Below, one piece after another: positions 20,220 to 30,171 of a stretch of DNA of 64,000 bases (positions within the stretch are counted from its first letter, which is position 1; each line of letters begins with the position of its first letter). The notes beneath the pieces were generated by a model that saw only the letters and a program-made list of their open reading frames with translations, was not told the origin of the DNA and did not search any database. The position numbers and the translations under genes were made by a program. The stretch comes from Paracoccaceae bacterium (lineage in GTDB: Bacteria; Pseudomonadota; Alphaproteobacteria; Rhodobacterales; Rhodobacteraceae), in assembly GCA_033723355.1 (NCBI GenBank), contig JAWVXG010000003.1, positions 64,747 to 128,746 on the forward strand, in the 5' to 3' direction.

Positions 20220-21851
20220 ATGTTGATCACCCGCCGCAATACCCTGCGCCTTGGCGCCGCCGCCGCAGGCAGCCTTGCCCTGCCGCGCCTGTCCTTTGCC
20301 CAGGGCAACCGCCCCGCGATCACCATCGCCGTGCAGAAGATCGTGAACTCGAACACACTCGATGTGCTGCGCGAGCAGTCCAATGTCGGCGAGCGCGTGT
20401 TCTTCGGCTCGATCTGGGAAAGCCTGATCGGCCGCAACCTGCGCGGACAACTGGAAGCGCAGCCGATGCTGGCGACGGAATGGAAGCGCATCGACGACCA
20501 GACGGTCGAGTTGAAACTGCGCGAAGGCGTGCGCTTTCACAATGGCGACGAGATGACCGCCGAGGATGTGGTCTTCACCTTCTCGCGCGAGCGGATGTTC
20601 GGCGAAACCGAACCCAAGAACCGCAGCACGATCAAGGCCTTCGAGGCGATCCCGACGCCCCGCCCCGGCAAGGAACTGCCGCCCGAGGTGCCCGCCGTCG
20701 CCCGCCGCGCCTGGCCCGATCTGGCGCGCGTGGACATCGTGGACAAATACACCGTGCGTTTCGTCAACGCGACGCCTGATGTGACTCTGGAAGGCCGCCT
20801 TTTGCGCTACGGCTCGGACATCATGTCCCGCCGCGGCTGGGAAGAGGCCGCCTCCTATCTTGACTGGGCGCGCAAGCCCGTCACCACCGGCCCCTACAAG
20901 GTGGAACGCTTCACCCCGGATACCGAATTGCTGCTGGTCTCGCATGACGATTACTGGGGCGGTCTGCCGCCGCTGCAATCCATCCGCTTCGTCGAGGTGC
21001 CCGAAGTGGCCAGCCGCGTGAACGGCCTGCTATCCGGCGAATACCAGTTCGCCTGCGACATCCCCCCCGACCTGATCGGCGAGATCGAAGGCAATTCCGG
21101 GTTCGAAGTGCAGGGCGGCACGATCCTGAACCATCGCCTGACCGTGTTCGACAAGAACCACGCCCAACTGGCCGATCCGCGCGTGCGCCGCGCCCTGACC
21201 CATTCCATCGACCGTCAGGCCATTGTGGACAGTCTTTGGGCGGGTCGCACCGTGGTGCCTGCGGGGCTTCAGTGGCCCTATTACGACGACATGTTCCATG
21301 CCGACTGGACCGTGCCGGAATTCAACCCGGAACTGGCGGCAAACCTGCTCAAGGAAGCGGGCTACAAGGGCGATCCCATCCCCTACCGCCTTCTGAACAA
21401 CTACTACACCAACCAGAACGCCACCGCGCAGATCCTGGTCGAGATGTGGAAGGCCGTGGGCCTGAACGTGCAGATCGAATCCAAGGAAAACTGGGCGCAG
21501 ATCATGGAACGCGGCGAGACGCGGGCGATCCGCGACTGGTCGAACTCGGCCCCGTTCAACGATCCGGTCTCGTCCATCGTGAACCAGCACGGGCCGAACG
21601 GACAACAGCAGCAGATCGGCGAATGGACCAACGCCGAAATGAACGAGCTGTGCCTGTTCCTTGAAACCTCGCTGGATCGTCCGGCCCGCCGCAAGGCCTT
21701 CCGCCGGATGCTGGAAATCTGCGAACGCGAAGACCCGGCCTTCACGGTGCTGCACCAGAACGCGACGTTTACGGCCAAGTCAAAGGCGATCACATGGCAG
21801 GCCTCGCCCGCCTTTGCCATGGACTTCGGCCCCGGCAACTTCGCGGTGTGA
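20220..21851 (+). CDS. ABC transporter substrate-binding protein, family 5 (peptide/nickel/opine type)
   Basis: 543 aa with the signal MLITRRNTLRLGAAAAGSLALPRLSFAQ. Followed by two ATPases and two permeases of Dpp/Opp type. Confidence 0.8.
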   Translation: MLITRRNTLRLGAAAAGSLALPRLSFAQGNRPAITIAVQKIVNSNTLDVLREQSNVGERVFFGSIWESLIGRNLRGQLEAQPMLATEWKRIDDQTVELKLREGVRFHNGDEMTAEDVVFTFSRERMFGETEPKNRSTIKAFEAIPTPRPGKELPPEVPAVARRAWPDLARVDIVDKYTVRFVNATPDVTLEGRLLRYGSDIMSRRGWEEAASYLDWARKPVTTGPYKVERFTPDTELLLVSHDDYWGGLPPLQSIRFVEVPEVASRVNGLLSGEYQFACDIPPDLIGEIEGNSGFEVQGGTILNHRLTVFDKNHAQLADPRVRRALTHSIDRQAIVDSLWAGRTVVPAGLQWPYYDDMFHADWTVPEFNPELAANLLKEAGYKGDPIPYRLLNNYYTNQNATAQILVEMWKAVGLNVQIESKENWAQIMERGETRAIRDWSNSAPFNDPVSSIVNQHGPNGQQQQIGEWTNAEMNELCLFLETSLDRPARRKAFRRMLEICEREDPAFTVLHQNATFTAKSKAITWQASPAFAMDFGPGNFAV

Positions 21852-21855
21852 TGCG

Positions 21856-22860
21856 ATGAAAGCGCCGCTGGTCAGGATCGAGGGGCTGAACGTGGCCTTT
21901 GACGGAGCACCTGCCGTGCGCGGGGTGGACCTTGCGGTCCATCCCGGCGAGGCGCTGGGTCTGGTCGGGGAGTCGGGTTCGGGAAAGTCGGTCACATGGC
22001 TGGCGGCGCTGCGCCTTCTGCCCGGCAAGGCCGCCGTGCAGGGGCGTGTGACATTGGACGGCCGCGATCTTCTATCGCTGCCGACGCCTGAGATGGAACG
22101 TATCCGGGGCGGGCGCATCGGGATCATCTTTCAGGATCCCTCCTCCGCGCTGAACCCGGTGCTCACGATCCGCCGCCAGATCTCCGAAGTGCTGGCCCTG
22201 CATCGCGGCCTGTCCGGGTCTGCCATCCGGGCCGAGGCGAAACGCCTGCTGGATCTGGTGGGGATGCCCGATGCCGAAGGCCGTCTCAATTCCTATCCGC
22301 ATGAGATGTCGGGTGGTCAGAACCAGCGGGTCATGATTGCCATGGCGCTGGCCGGGCAGCCCGATCTGCTGGTCGCGGATGAACCCACAACCGCGCTGGA
22401 TGTCACCATTCAGGCGCAGATCCTGGACCTGCTGCAACTGATCCGCCGCGAAATGGGCATGGCCCTTGTGCTCATCAGCCACGACCTTGGCGTGGTGGCC
22501 GAAAACTGCGACCGTGTGGCGGTGATGTATGCCGGGCGCATCGTGGAAAGCGGCCCCGCCGCCGCCCTGTTCGACGCGCCCCGCCACCCCTATGCGCGCG
22601 GCCTGATCGACGCGCTGCCCACGCTCGAGGATACGCGGCGGCTGGCCGCGATTCCGGGCGTCGTGCCCGATCCGCGCGACATGCCGCGCGGCTGCGCCTT
22701 TGGTCCGCGCTGCGCCCATGCCGGGCCCGAATGCCTGCTGGACAGCCCGCCCCTGCGCGCCGTGGCCCCGGGCCGACGGCTGGCCTGCGCGCGCCCCGAT
22801 CTGGACCTGACCCCGGCACGCCCGACCCCCGCCCCGCATCTGGCCGAGGTGACATCATGA
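21856..22860 (+). CDS. ABC ATP-binding protein (DppD/OppD-like)
   Basis: [33 protein letters not shown], plus an oligopeptide-type C-terminal extension. Start placed at the internal ATG at 21856. Confidence 0.85.
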   Translation: MKAPLVRIEGLNVAFDGAPAVRGVDLAVHPGEALGLVGESGSGKSVTWLAALRLLPGKAAVQGRVTLDGRDLLSLPTPEMERIRGGRIGIIFQDPSSALNPVLTIRRQISEVLALHRGLSGSAIRAEAKRLLDLVGMPDAEGRLNSYPHEMSGGQNQRVMIAMALAGQPDLLVADEPTTALDVTIQAQILDLLQLIRREMGMALVLISHDLGVVAENCDRVAVMYAGRIVESGPAAALFDAPRHPYARGLIDALPTLEDTRRLAAIPGVVPDPRDMPRGCAFGPRCAHAGPECLLDSPPLRAVAPGRRLACARPDLDLTPARPTPAPHLAEVTS

Positions 22861-23834
22861 GCGCGCTTCTGGACCTGCACGACATCGCCCGCAGCTATGT
22901 CACCCGCAAAGGCCTGTTTGGCCAGCGCAAGCTGGTGCGCGCGGTCGATGGGATCAGCCTGACCGTGAACCCCGGCGAAACCCTTGGGATCGTGGGGGAA
23001 TCCGGTTCCGGCAAATCAACGCTGGGGCGCATGGCGCTGGGGCTTGAGACGCCGGACGAAGGGCATGTGACCTTTGATGGCGCGCCGATGCCCGCCCATG
23101 GCACCCCGGCGTGGCGCGCCCTCCGACGGCAGATGCAGATGGTGTTCCAGGATCCGCTGGGCGCGCTGGACCGCCGTCTGCCGGTGATCGAGCAGATCAT
23201 CGAGCCGCTGATTATCCACGGCATTGACGGCGACCACCGCCGCGCCGGTCTGACCGCGCTGTCGGCCGTGGGCCTCTCCGCCGATCACGGTCTGCGCTAT
23301 CCGCATGAACTCTCGGGCGGGCAGCGGCAAAGGGTGGTCATCGCCCGCGCCCTGATCACCGATCCGCGCCTTCTGGTCTGCGACGAACCCGTATCGGCGC
23401 TGGATGTCTCTATTCAGGCGCAGGTGGTGAACCTGTTGATCGACCTGCAAGCGGCGCGCGGACTGGGCATGGTCTTCATCAGCCACGATCTGCGCGTGGT
23501 GCGCCAGATCGCAGCGCGCGTCGCCGTCATGTATCTGGGCCGCGTGGTCGAGGAGGCCGCCGCGACCGATCTGTTCCGCGCACCGCAGCATCCCTATACC
23601 CGCGCGCTGGTCTCGGCGGCGCCAAGCCCCGGTCCGCGCCGCATCGAACGGGTGATCCTGACCGGCGAGCCGCCCAACCCGGCCGCGCGCCCCACGGGCT
23701 GCGCCTTCCACCCGCGCTGCCCCGTGGCCCTGCCCCGCTGCCGGACCGAAGCGCCCGCCCTGTCCCGCATCGCCCCCGGCCATGCCGCCGCCTGCCACCT
23801 GCTGAGCCCCGCCGCAAAGGTTGCCGCCCGATGA
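22857..23834 (+). CDS. ABC ATP-binding protein (DppF/OppF-like)
   Basis: [39 protein letters not shown] overlap with the upstream ATPase gene. Confidence 0.85.
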   Translation: MSALLDLHDIARSYVTRKGLFGQRKLVRAVDGISLTVNPGETLGIVGESGSGKSTLGRMALGLETPDEGHVTFDGAPMPAHGTPAWRALRRQMQMVFQDPLGALDRRLPVIEQIIEPLIIHGIDGDHRRAGLTALSAVGLSADHGLRYPHELSGGQRQRVVIARALITDPRLLVCDEPVSALDVSIQAQVVNLLIDLQAARGLGMVFISHDLRVVRQIAARVAVMYLGRVVEEAAATDLFRAPQHPYTRALVSAAPSPGPRRIERVILTGEPPNPAARPTGCAFHPRCPVALPRCRTEAPALSRIAPGHAAACHLLSPAAKVAAR

Positions 23835-24763
23835 TCCGCTTTATCCTGACGCGCCTGTTGCGCGCCTTTGTCACCATCGTTCTGGTCGTGACCTTCGCCT
23901 TTGTCGTGCTGCGCCTGTCGGGCGATCCGGCCACGATCATCCTTGGCCCCGAAGCCCCGCCCGAGGCGATTGCCGCCTTTCGCGCCAGCTGGGGTCTGGA
24001 TCAGCCGGTGATGGTGCAATATGTCCAGTATTTCGCCGCCATCCTTCAGGGCGACCTGGGCATGTCCATGCGCGACGGCCGCCCCGCCTTCGACCTGGTG
24101 ATGGAGCGTATCCCCGCCACGCTCGCCCTGACGATACCCGCCCTGTTCCTGAAACTGGCGCTGGGTGTGCCTGCGGGTGTCTATGCCGCCCTGCATCAGG
24201 GCACAGCCTTTGACCGGACGGTCATGGTGGCCGCCGTCATGGGCTTTGCCGTGCCCAGTTTCGTGCTGGCGCTGGGGCTGGTGCTGGTCTTTGCTGTCAA
24301 TCTGGGCTGGTTGCCATCGGGCGGGCGCGACACGGTCTGGCACGCGATCCTGCCCATCATCACGCTGGGTCTGGGCGGAGCGGCGGCGCTGGCGCGCTTC
24401 ACCCGCTCGGCCATGCTCGAGGTGCTGGGACAGCCCTATATCCGCACGGCATCCTCCAAGGGGCTGGCCTGGGCGGTCGTTGTGCGCAGCCATGCCCTGC
24501 CCAATGCGGCCATCCCCACTGTCACGTTGATCGGCTTTCTGGTGGGCAGCCTGATTGCCGGGGCCATCGTGGTGGAAAGCGTGTTTTCCTGGCCCGGCGT
24601 CGGCCGCCTGATGGTGGTGGCTGTGGCCAATCGCGATCTGGCGGTGGTGCAATGTATCCTGCTGCTGGTGGCCACGACCATGGTCACGTCGAACCTGATC
24701 GTGGATTTCCTTTACGGCGCGCTGGACCCCCGGCTGCGCCACGGCGCGCGTGCCGCTGCCTGA
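23831..24763 (+). CDS. ABC permease (DppB-like)
   Basis: Polytopic protein whose N-terminus MIRFILTRLLRAFVTI is typical of DppB/OppB permeases. Confidence 0.8.
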   Translation: MIRFILTRLLRAFVTIVLVVTFAFVVLRLSGDPATIILGPEAPPEAIAAFRASWGLDQPVMVQYVQYFAAILQGDLGMSMRDGRPAFDLVMERIPATLALTIPALFLKLALGVPAGVYAALHQGTAFDRTVMVAAVMGFAVPSFVLALGLVLVFAVNLGWLPSGGRDTVWHAILPIITLGLGGAAALARFTRSAMLEVLGQPYIRTASSKGLAWAVVVRSHALPNAAIPTVTLIGFLVGSLIAGAIVVESVFSWPGVGRLMVVAVANRDLAVVQCILLLVATTMVTSNLIVDFLYGALDPRLRHGARAAA

Positions 24764-24779
24764 ACCGACGGAGCCTTTC

Positions 24780-25637
24780 ATGACCGACATCGCCACCGCG
24801 ACACCTGCCCCTGCCCTGCGCCTGCCCCGGATGCCGTGGTATGTGGCACTGGGGATGGGTTGGATCATCTTCGTTCTGACCGTCGCATTGCTGGCCGATG
24901 TGATCACGCCATATGTCTTCACCGCGATGGACCTGAAATACAGGCTGGTGCCGCCGTTCCAGACATGGGCGCATCCCCTGGGCACGGACGAGCTGGGCCG
25001 GGATGTGCTGTCACGGCTGATCGTGTCGATCCGCGTCTCGCTGCTGATCGCCTTTGGCGCCACGGTCATCTCGGCCGTGCTGGGCACCACCCTGGGCTTT
25101 CTGGCGGCCCATTTCCGCGGAATCGTGGAACAGGCCGTGCTGATGCTGGCGGATTTTCAGGCGGCACTGCCCTTTCTGATCCTGGCACTTTCGGTGCTTG
25201 CCTTCTTCGGCAACTCGCTGCCGCTGCTGATCGGGCTGATGGGCCTTTATGGCTGGGAACGCTACGCCCGCATCGCGCGGGGTCTTGCTATTTCTGCCAG
25301 TGCGCAGGGCTATGCGACCGCGATCACGCAACTGGGGGCCACGCCGCAGCGCGTCTACCTGCGTCATATCCTGCCCAATATCGCCTCGACCCTGATCGTG
25401 TCGATGACCCTGATCTTCCCCGAGGTGATCCTGCTGGAATCTGGCCTGTCTTTTCTGGGGCTGGGCGTGCAGCCCCCGATGACCAGCCTTGGCAACATGG
25501 TGGGCTACGGGCGTGAATACATCACCCGCGCCGCCTGGATCATGCTCTGCCCGGCCACGGTGATCGTTCTGACCACGCTGGCCGTGTCCCTTGTCGGGGA
25601 TTGGCTGCGCGACCGGCTGGACCCGACGCTGGGGTGA
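24780..25637 (+). CDS. ABC permease (DppC-like)
   Basis: Polytopic protein with a DppC/OppC-like core (HPLGTDELGRDVLSR). Start placed at the ATG at 24780. Confidence 0.8.
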   Translation: MTDIATATPAPALRLPRMPWYVALGMGWIIFVLTVALLADVITPYVFTAMDLKYRLVPPFQTWAHPLGTDELGRDVLSRLIVSIRVSLLIAFGATVISAVLGTTLGFLAAHFRGIVEQAVLMLADFQAALPFLILALSVLAFFGNSLPLLIGLMGLYGWERYARIARGLAISASAQGYATAITQLGATPQRVYLRHILPNIASTLIVSMTLIFPEVILLESGLSFLGLGVQPPMTSLGNMVGYGREYITRAAWIMLCPATVIVLTTLAVSLVGDWLRDRLDPTLG

Positions 25638-25755
25638 TCACCCCGCAGCTGCACGGTTCGTCAATGGCTGTGCCAAACATCGGCACATGATCATAATTCT
25701 CTACCGCAAGGTCAGCACTTCCGCTTATCCTTCCCCCAGGACGGAGGGAATTGCG

Positions 25756-26430
25756 ATGAACAGACGAACCTTTGCAGCGGCGGCGTTGTCCCTGCTTCCC
25801 GTGGCAGCACCGGCCTGGGTCGAGGCTGATCTGCGCCAGACCCTTGCCACCAAGACCTGCGCGACCTGCGACCTGTCCGACAGCGACCTCAGACGCGCCG
25901 ATCTGATGGGCGCGGACCTGTCCGGGGCCAATCTGTCGGGGGCAAAGCTCTGGGCCAGCGATCTGGACCGCGCGACATTGACCGGGGCCAATCTCGCCGG
26001 GGCCAATCTTGGCGCGGCACGGCTGACTACCGCCGATCTGTCACAGGCCAGTCTCGCAGGGGCCTATCTGACCACGACCGACCTGAGCCGTGCCAATCTG
26101 ACAGGGGCCGACCTTGGCGGTGCCGTTCTGACCCAGACGCGGCTGGACGGGGCCGATCTCTCAGGGGCCAATCTGGCCCGCGCCTATATGGAACTGTCCA
26201 GCCTTGCCGGGGCCAATCTGACTGGCGCGGATCTGCGCGGGGCGAACCTGACCTCGGCCAATCTGGCGGGGGCGGTGCTGACGGGGGCCAAACTTGATGG
26301 TGCGGTCCTGCTGGGGGCCGATCTTGAAGCAGCGGCGCTGGACCGGGCCAGCCTATGCAACACCGTGATGCCCGACGGCCGGCGCGAGACGGCGGGGTGC
26401 GTCCCGTCCACCACCGCCCCCGCCGACTGA
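25756..26430 (+). CDS. secreted pentapeptide-repeat protein
   Basis: Signal peptide MNRRTFAAAALSLLPVAAPAW, then more than 30 tandem A(D/N)LxG pentapeptides. Confidence 0.8.
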   Translation: MNRRTFAAAALSLLPVAAPAWVEADLRQTLATKTCATCDLSDSDLRRADLMGADLSGANLSGAKLWASDLDRATLTGANLAGANLGAARLTTADLSQASLAGAYLTTTDLSRANLTGADLGGAVLTQTRLDGADLSGANLARAYMELSSLAGANLTGADLRGANLTSANLAGAVLTGAKLDGAVLLGADLEAAALDRASLCNTVMPDGRRETAGCVPSTTAPAD

Positions 26431-26462
26431 CACCGCCGCCACGACCGCTGCACCGCCCCGCG

Positions 26463-27125
26463 CTAGAGGCAGCCCACCCGCTGCGCCCCGGTCAGAAGAT
26501 CTGGCGCAATCACATGGCCCAGCGCGACAATCTCGGCCGGAGGCGGGATGAGATCGGGCACCTGCACCGTGACAAGCCCGGCAGAGACCGCAGCCCGGAC
26601 GCCATTCGACGAATCCTCGAACGCGACGCAGGCTCCGGGCTGGTGCCCCAGACCACCGACCGCTGCAAGATAGACATCCGGCGCAGGCTTGCCGCGCGCC
26701 ACCTCATCCCCGCAGACCAGCAGGGCGAAACGGTCCAGAATACCCGCCCTCTGCAACAGGGCCACAGCCTTGCACCGTTTGGTGGACGTGGCCACCGCCA
26801 TGGGCAACCCCCTGACCCGCAAGGCATCAAGCAGATGGATCACCCCCGGCTTCAGGGGCACATGATCCGCCACCGACGCGGCGAACTCCGCAGCCCAAAG
26901 GGATTTGAACTGCGCCACATCCAGATCACGGGGCAAGGCCTTGTCCAGCAACGCCTCGCTCATCCGCTCGTTCAGACCGACCAGCGCCATGAACAGGTGC
27001 GGGTCAGCGACAAGCGCCATCCGGGCGCAGGCCCGCTCATAGGCCCGCTGCTGAAGCCGCTCGGTGTCCAGCAGCAGCCCGTCCATGTCAAACACGACCG
27101 CATCGAGGCGCGGCAGGCCGGTCAT
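26463..27125 (-). CDS. HAD-superfamily hydrolase (beta-phosphoglucomutase-like subfamily IA)
   Basis: DxD nucleophile motif VVFDMDGLLLDTE, later STKR and EDSSNG motifs. Confidence 0.8.
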   Translation of the reverse strand: MTGLPRLDAVVFDMDGLLLDTERLQQRAYERACARMALVADPHLFMALVGLNERMSEALLDKALPRDLDVAQFKSLWAAEFAASVADHVPLKPGVIHLLDALRVRGLPMAVATSTKRCKAVALLQRAGILDRFALLVCGDEVARGKPAPDVYLAAVGGLGHQPGACVAFEDSSNGVRAAVSAGLVTVQVPDLIPPPAEIVALGHVIAPDLLTGAQRVGCL

Positions 27126-28006
27126 CCTTTGACGCCGGTCATGGTGATCCCCCGGATGAAGGACCGGCGCGCGAACAAGAACACCAGCATCATCGGAATG
27201 GTGATCACCGTGGCCGCGGCAAAGCTCCGGCCATAGTTGGTGTCGAATTCGGATTGATACTGCATCATCGACAGGGTGGCCGTCATCTTTTCCTGGCTCT
27301 GGACCACGATCAGCGGCCAGTAGAGGTCATTCCAATGCGCGACAAAGGAAAAGACCGAGAAAGCCGCGATGGCGGGCAAGGCACTTGGCACGATCAGGCG
27401 TATCACGATCTCGATCTCCGAAAACCCATCGACACGGGCCGCATCAATCACGCTGTCTGGAAAGCCCTTGAAGAACTGCCGGAACAGAAAAATCGCAAAG
27501 ACCGAAACCATGAAAGGAAACATCATCGCGAAATAAGTGTCCAGCAAGGACAGCTTGACCAACCCAAGGTAAAGCGGGATCGAGGTCACGTTGATCGGGA
27601 TCGTCAGACAGGCGATGACCGTTCCCAACAGGATCGCGCTGCCCCGGAACCTCAGCTTGGCCAGCGCATAGCCGGCAGGGATCGCCGTCACCAGCTGAAC
27701 CGCCAGAATGCCCAGACAGACGATCGTGCTGTTCATCAAAAACAGGGGATAGGGCTGTTCGAACAACACGCCGTGATAGTTTTCGAACCCCGAAAAGGAC
27801 TTTGGCCAGATGGTAAAATCGGCATCATAGACTTCATTCGTCGGCTTCAGACTGGACGACACCATCCAGATATAGGGGAACACGGCGATCCATGCCCCGG
27901 CCCCCAAGGCAAGCCAGATCAGGGTCTGCCCGACCGTGACCCTGGCCCATGCACGGCGCAGCGGATGCAACTCGGCCCGGGATGTCACAAAGGGTGCGTC
28001 GGTCAT
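27122..28006 (-). CDS. carbohydrate-type ABC permease
   Basis: Six TM segments. EAA loop DAARVDGFSEIEIVIRLIVP. Start placed at the internal ATG at 28006. Confidence 0.8.
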   Translation of the reverse strand: MTDAPFVTSRAELHPLRRAWARVTVGQTLIWLALGAGAWIAVFPYIWMVSSSLKPTNEVYDADFTIWPKSFSGFENYHGVLFEQPYPLFLMNSTIVCLGILAVQLVTAIPAGYALAKLRFRGSAILLGTVIACLTIPINVTSIPLYLGLVKLSLLDTYFAMMFPFMVSVFAIFLFRQFFKGFPDSVIDAARVDGFSEIEIVIRLIVPSALPAIAAFSVFSFVAHWNDLYWPLIVVQSQEKMTATLSMMQYQSEFDTNYGRSFAAATVITIPMMLVFLFARRSFIRGITMTGVKG

Positions 28007-28014
28007 GATCTGCC

Positions 28015-28908
28015 TCAGGAATTGATGCGCCGATCCGACAGCAAAGTCTGGATCAGGGCGAAAACGAAGATGAGCCCCAGAAAAAAGACCGACAAAGCCG
28101 CCGCATAGCCCATGTTGAAATACTCGAACCCTTCCAGAAAGGTCAGGTAAAGAAAGACCTCGCTGGACCGGGCAGGTCCGCCCTTGGTCAGGACCGCGAC
28201 CGTATCGAACAACTTGAATGCGGTGATCGAGGTGGTCACGGCCACGAAGACGGACGTTGGCGCCAGCATCGGCCATGTGACCCGAAAGAAGCGGTCCACA
28301 GGATGATCCGCCCCGTCAATGGCCGCCGCATCATATAGATTTCTGGGGATGGCCGTCAGACCGGCCAGAAACAGCACCATGTTGAACCCGATGATCGACC
28401 ACAGCGAAATGGCCGCAAGTGCTGCAAGCACGAAGCCCGGATCACCCAGAAAATTCACGGGCTCCAGCCCGAAGGACGTGAGCGTGTTGTTGATGACACC
28501 TTGCCGGCTGTCCATCAGCGCCGCCCAGACAAGGGCCATCGCCGCCAGTGTCGATGTGACCGGCAGGAAGAAAAGCACCTCCAGAACCGAGCGGAACTTC
28601 TTGCGCGACTGGATGGCGAGGGCCAGAAACAGGCTGATGAAAAACGCGCCCGGCAGGAAGAAGGCAGCATAGATGACCGTATTCCGCAAGGCGTTGGCAA
28701 AGGCCTCGTCCGCGAACATCGCCGTGTAATTCTCCAGCCCGACAAAGGAAAACCCGTCCCGGACCAGCGTGTAATCGGTCAGACTGGCAAAGATCACCGC
28801 GATGATCGGCCCGATATAGATCAGCAGGATCAGCACGCTCGCAGGTGCGACCAGAGCGTATGCCAGAAGCGCCCGCCGTCGCGCCAGCGATCCGCTTGCC
28901 GCGCTCAT
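28015..28908 (-). CDS. carbohydrate-type ABC permease
   Basis: EAA loop YDAAAIDGADHPVDRFFRVTWP. The start at 28908 overlaps the ATPase stop (ATGA). Confidence 0.8.
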   Translation of the reverse strand: MSAASGSLARRRALLAYALVAPASVLILLIYIGPIIAVIFASLTDYTLVRDGFSFVGLENYTAMFADEAFANALRNTVIYAAFFLPGAFFISLFLALAIQSRKKFRSVLEVLFFLPVTSTLAAMALVWAALMDSRQGVINNTLTSFGLEPVNFLGDPGFVLAALAAISLWSIIGFNMVLFLAGLTAIPRNLYDAAAIDGADHPVDRFFRVTWPMLAPTSVFVAVTTSITAFKLFDTVAVLTKGGPARSSEVFLYLTFLEGFEYFNMGYAAALSVFFLGLIFVFALIQTLLSDRRINS

Positions 28909-30107
28909 CCCACGCTCTCCAGACTGGTGGGCAGCGACGCCGCGCGCTCTGCCCCGGCCCTGATCCGCGCGCCCGATGCCGCGAACAGCCTGCATGACCG
29001 GGGCGAAAAGGACAGGTTCAGATCAAGCGGCAGGTTGCGCAGATCCAGATCGACACCGCCTGCCTCCTTTTGCAACCTTGCCCGCAGGTCAATGCCCGGC
29101 AGACCCTTGACCGCCGTGTGCAGGATGATCTCGCCGCCCAGATCTTCCATCCCTGTCCGCGTCACCGCCAGAGTGACCATCTGGCGCCCGTCACGCGCGC
29201 CTGCACCGGCCACCATGACCCCCTCGGGGCGCACCGCCAGAAACAGATCGCTGCCCAACTCAAGCTGATGCGGGACGGGGATGAACTGGTCGCCCACCTC
29301 AAAGCCGCCCGCCCGCGCCTGCGCTGGCAGGACATTGATCTCGGGGCTGCCGATGAAACGGGCCACGCTCAGACTGTCCGGGTCGGAATAGAGATCGTCC
29401 GGCGTGCCCACCTGCAACAACCGCCCTTCCTGCAACAGGGCAACGCGGTTCGACATGGTCATCGCCTCAACCTGATCATGCGTGACATAGACAAAGGTCA
29501 GTCCGGTGTTCTGGTGCAATTCGACGATTTCCTGGCGCACCTGAACACGCAGCTTGGCATCCAGATTGGACAGCGGCTCGTCCATCAGGAACAGATGCGG
29601 GTTGCGCACCAGCGCGCGACCCAGCGCCACCCGCTGCCGCTGTCCGCCGGACAGTTGCGCGGGCTTGCGTTCCAGCAGGTGATCAATACGCAACTGCCGG
29701 GCGACAGTCTCGACCTGCGTGGCAATCTCGCGGCGCAAGGGGGCAAAACCGGGGGTCAGAAGACGCATCCCCGGCAAGCGCGCCCGCATCGGCAGGCGTC
29801 CCATGATCAAGGGCATCGCCATGTTCTGCGCGACGGTCATATGGGGATAAAGCGCATAATCCTGAAAAACCATCGCGACATTGCGCGCCTTGGGACTGGC
29901 CTCATCGACGGGCTTGCCGTCAATGCTGACGCTACCCTCATCGGGATGTTCCAGCCCGGCGATGATGCGCAGCAGGGTTGACTTGCCGCAGCCCGATGCG
30001 CCGACCAGAGAGATGAACTCCCCGTCCTCGACATCCAGTGTGATGCCCTTGAGTATCTCGGTTCTGGCGAATGATTTTCGGATGCCCTGCAAGCTCAAGC
30101 GTGCCAT
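28905..30107 (-). CDS. sugar/glycerol-3-phosphate-type ABC ATP-binding protein (UgpC/MalK family)
   Basis: GASGCGKST, LSGGQRQRVALGRA, LFLMDEPLSNLD, plus a MalK-like C-terminal regulatory domain. Confidence 0.85.
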   Translation of the reverse strand: MARLSLQGIRKSFARTEILKGITLDVEDGEFISLVGASGCGKSTLLRIIAGLEHPDEGSVSIDGKPVDEASPKARNVAMVFQDYALYPHMTVAQNMAMPLIMGRLPMRARLPGMRLLTPGFAPLRREIATQVETVARQLRIDHLLERKPAQLSGGQRQRVALGRALVRNPHLFLMDEPLSNLDAKLRVQVRQEIVELHQNTGLTFVYVTHDQVEAMTMSNRVALLQEGRLLQVGTPDDLYSDPDSLSVARFIGSPEINVLPAQARAGGFEVGDQFIPVPHQLELGSDLFLAVRPEGVMVAGAGARDGRQMVTLAVTRTGMEDLGGEIILHTAVKGLPGIDLRARLQKEAGGVDLDLRNLPLDLNLSFSPRSCRLFAASGARIRAGAERAASLPTSLESVG

Positions 30108-30171
30108 GGATGCCTCTTTGGAAAAGCAAAGGATCGGGGGCCGGAGTTGGCCCCCGATCCGGGGTCAAGGA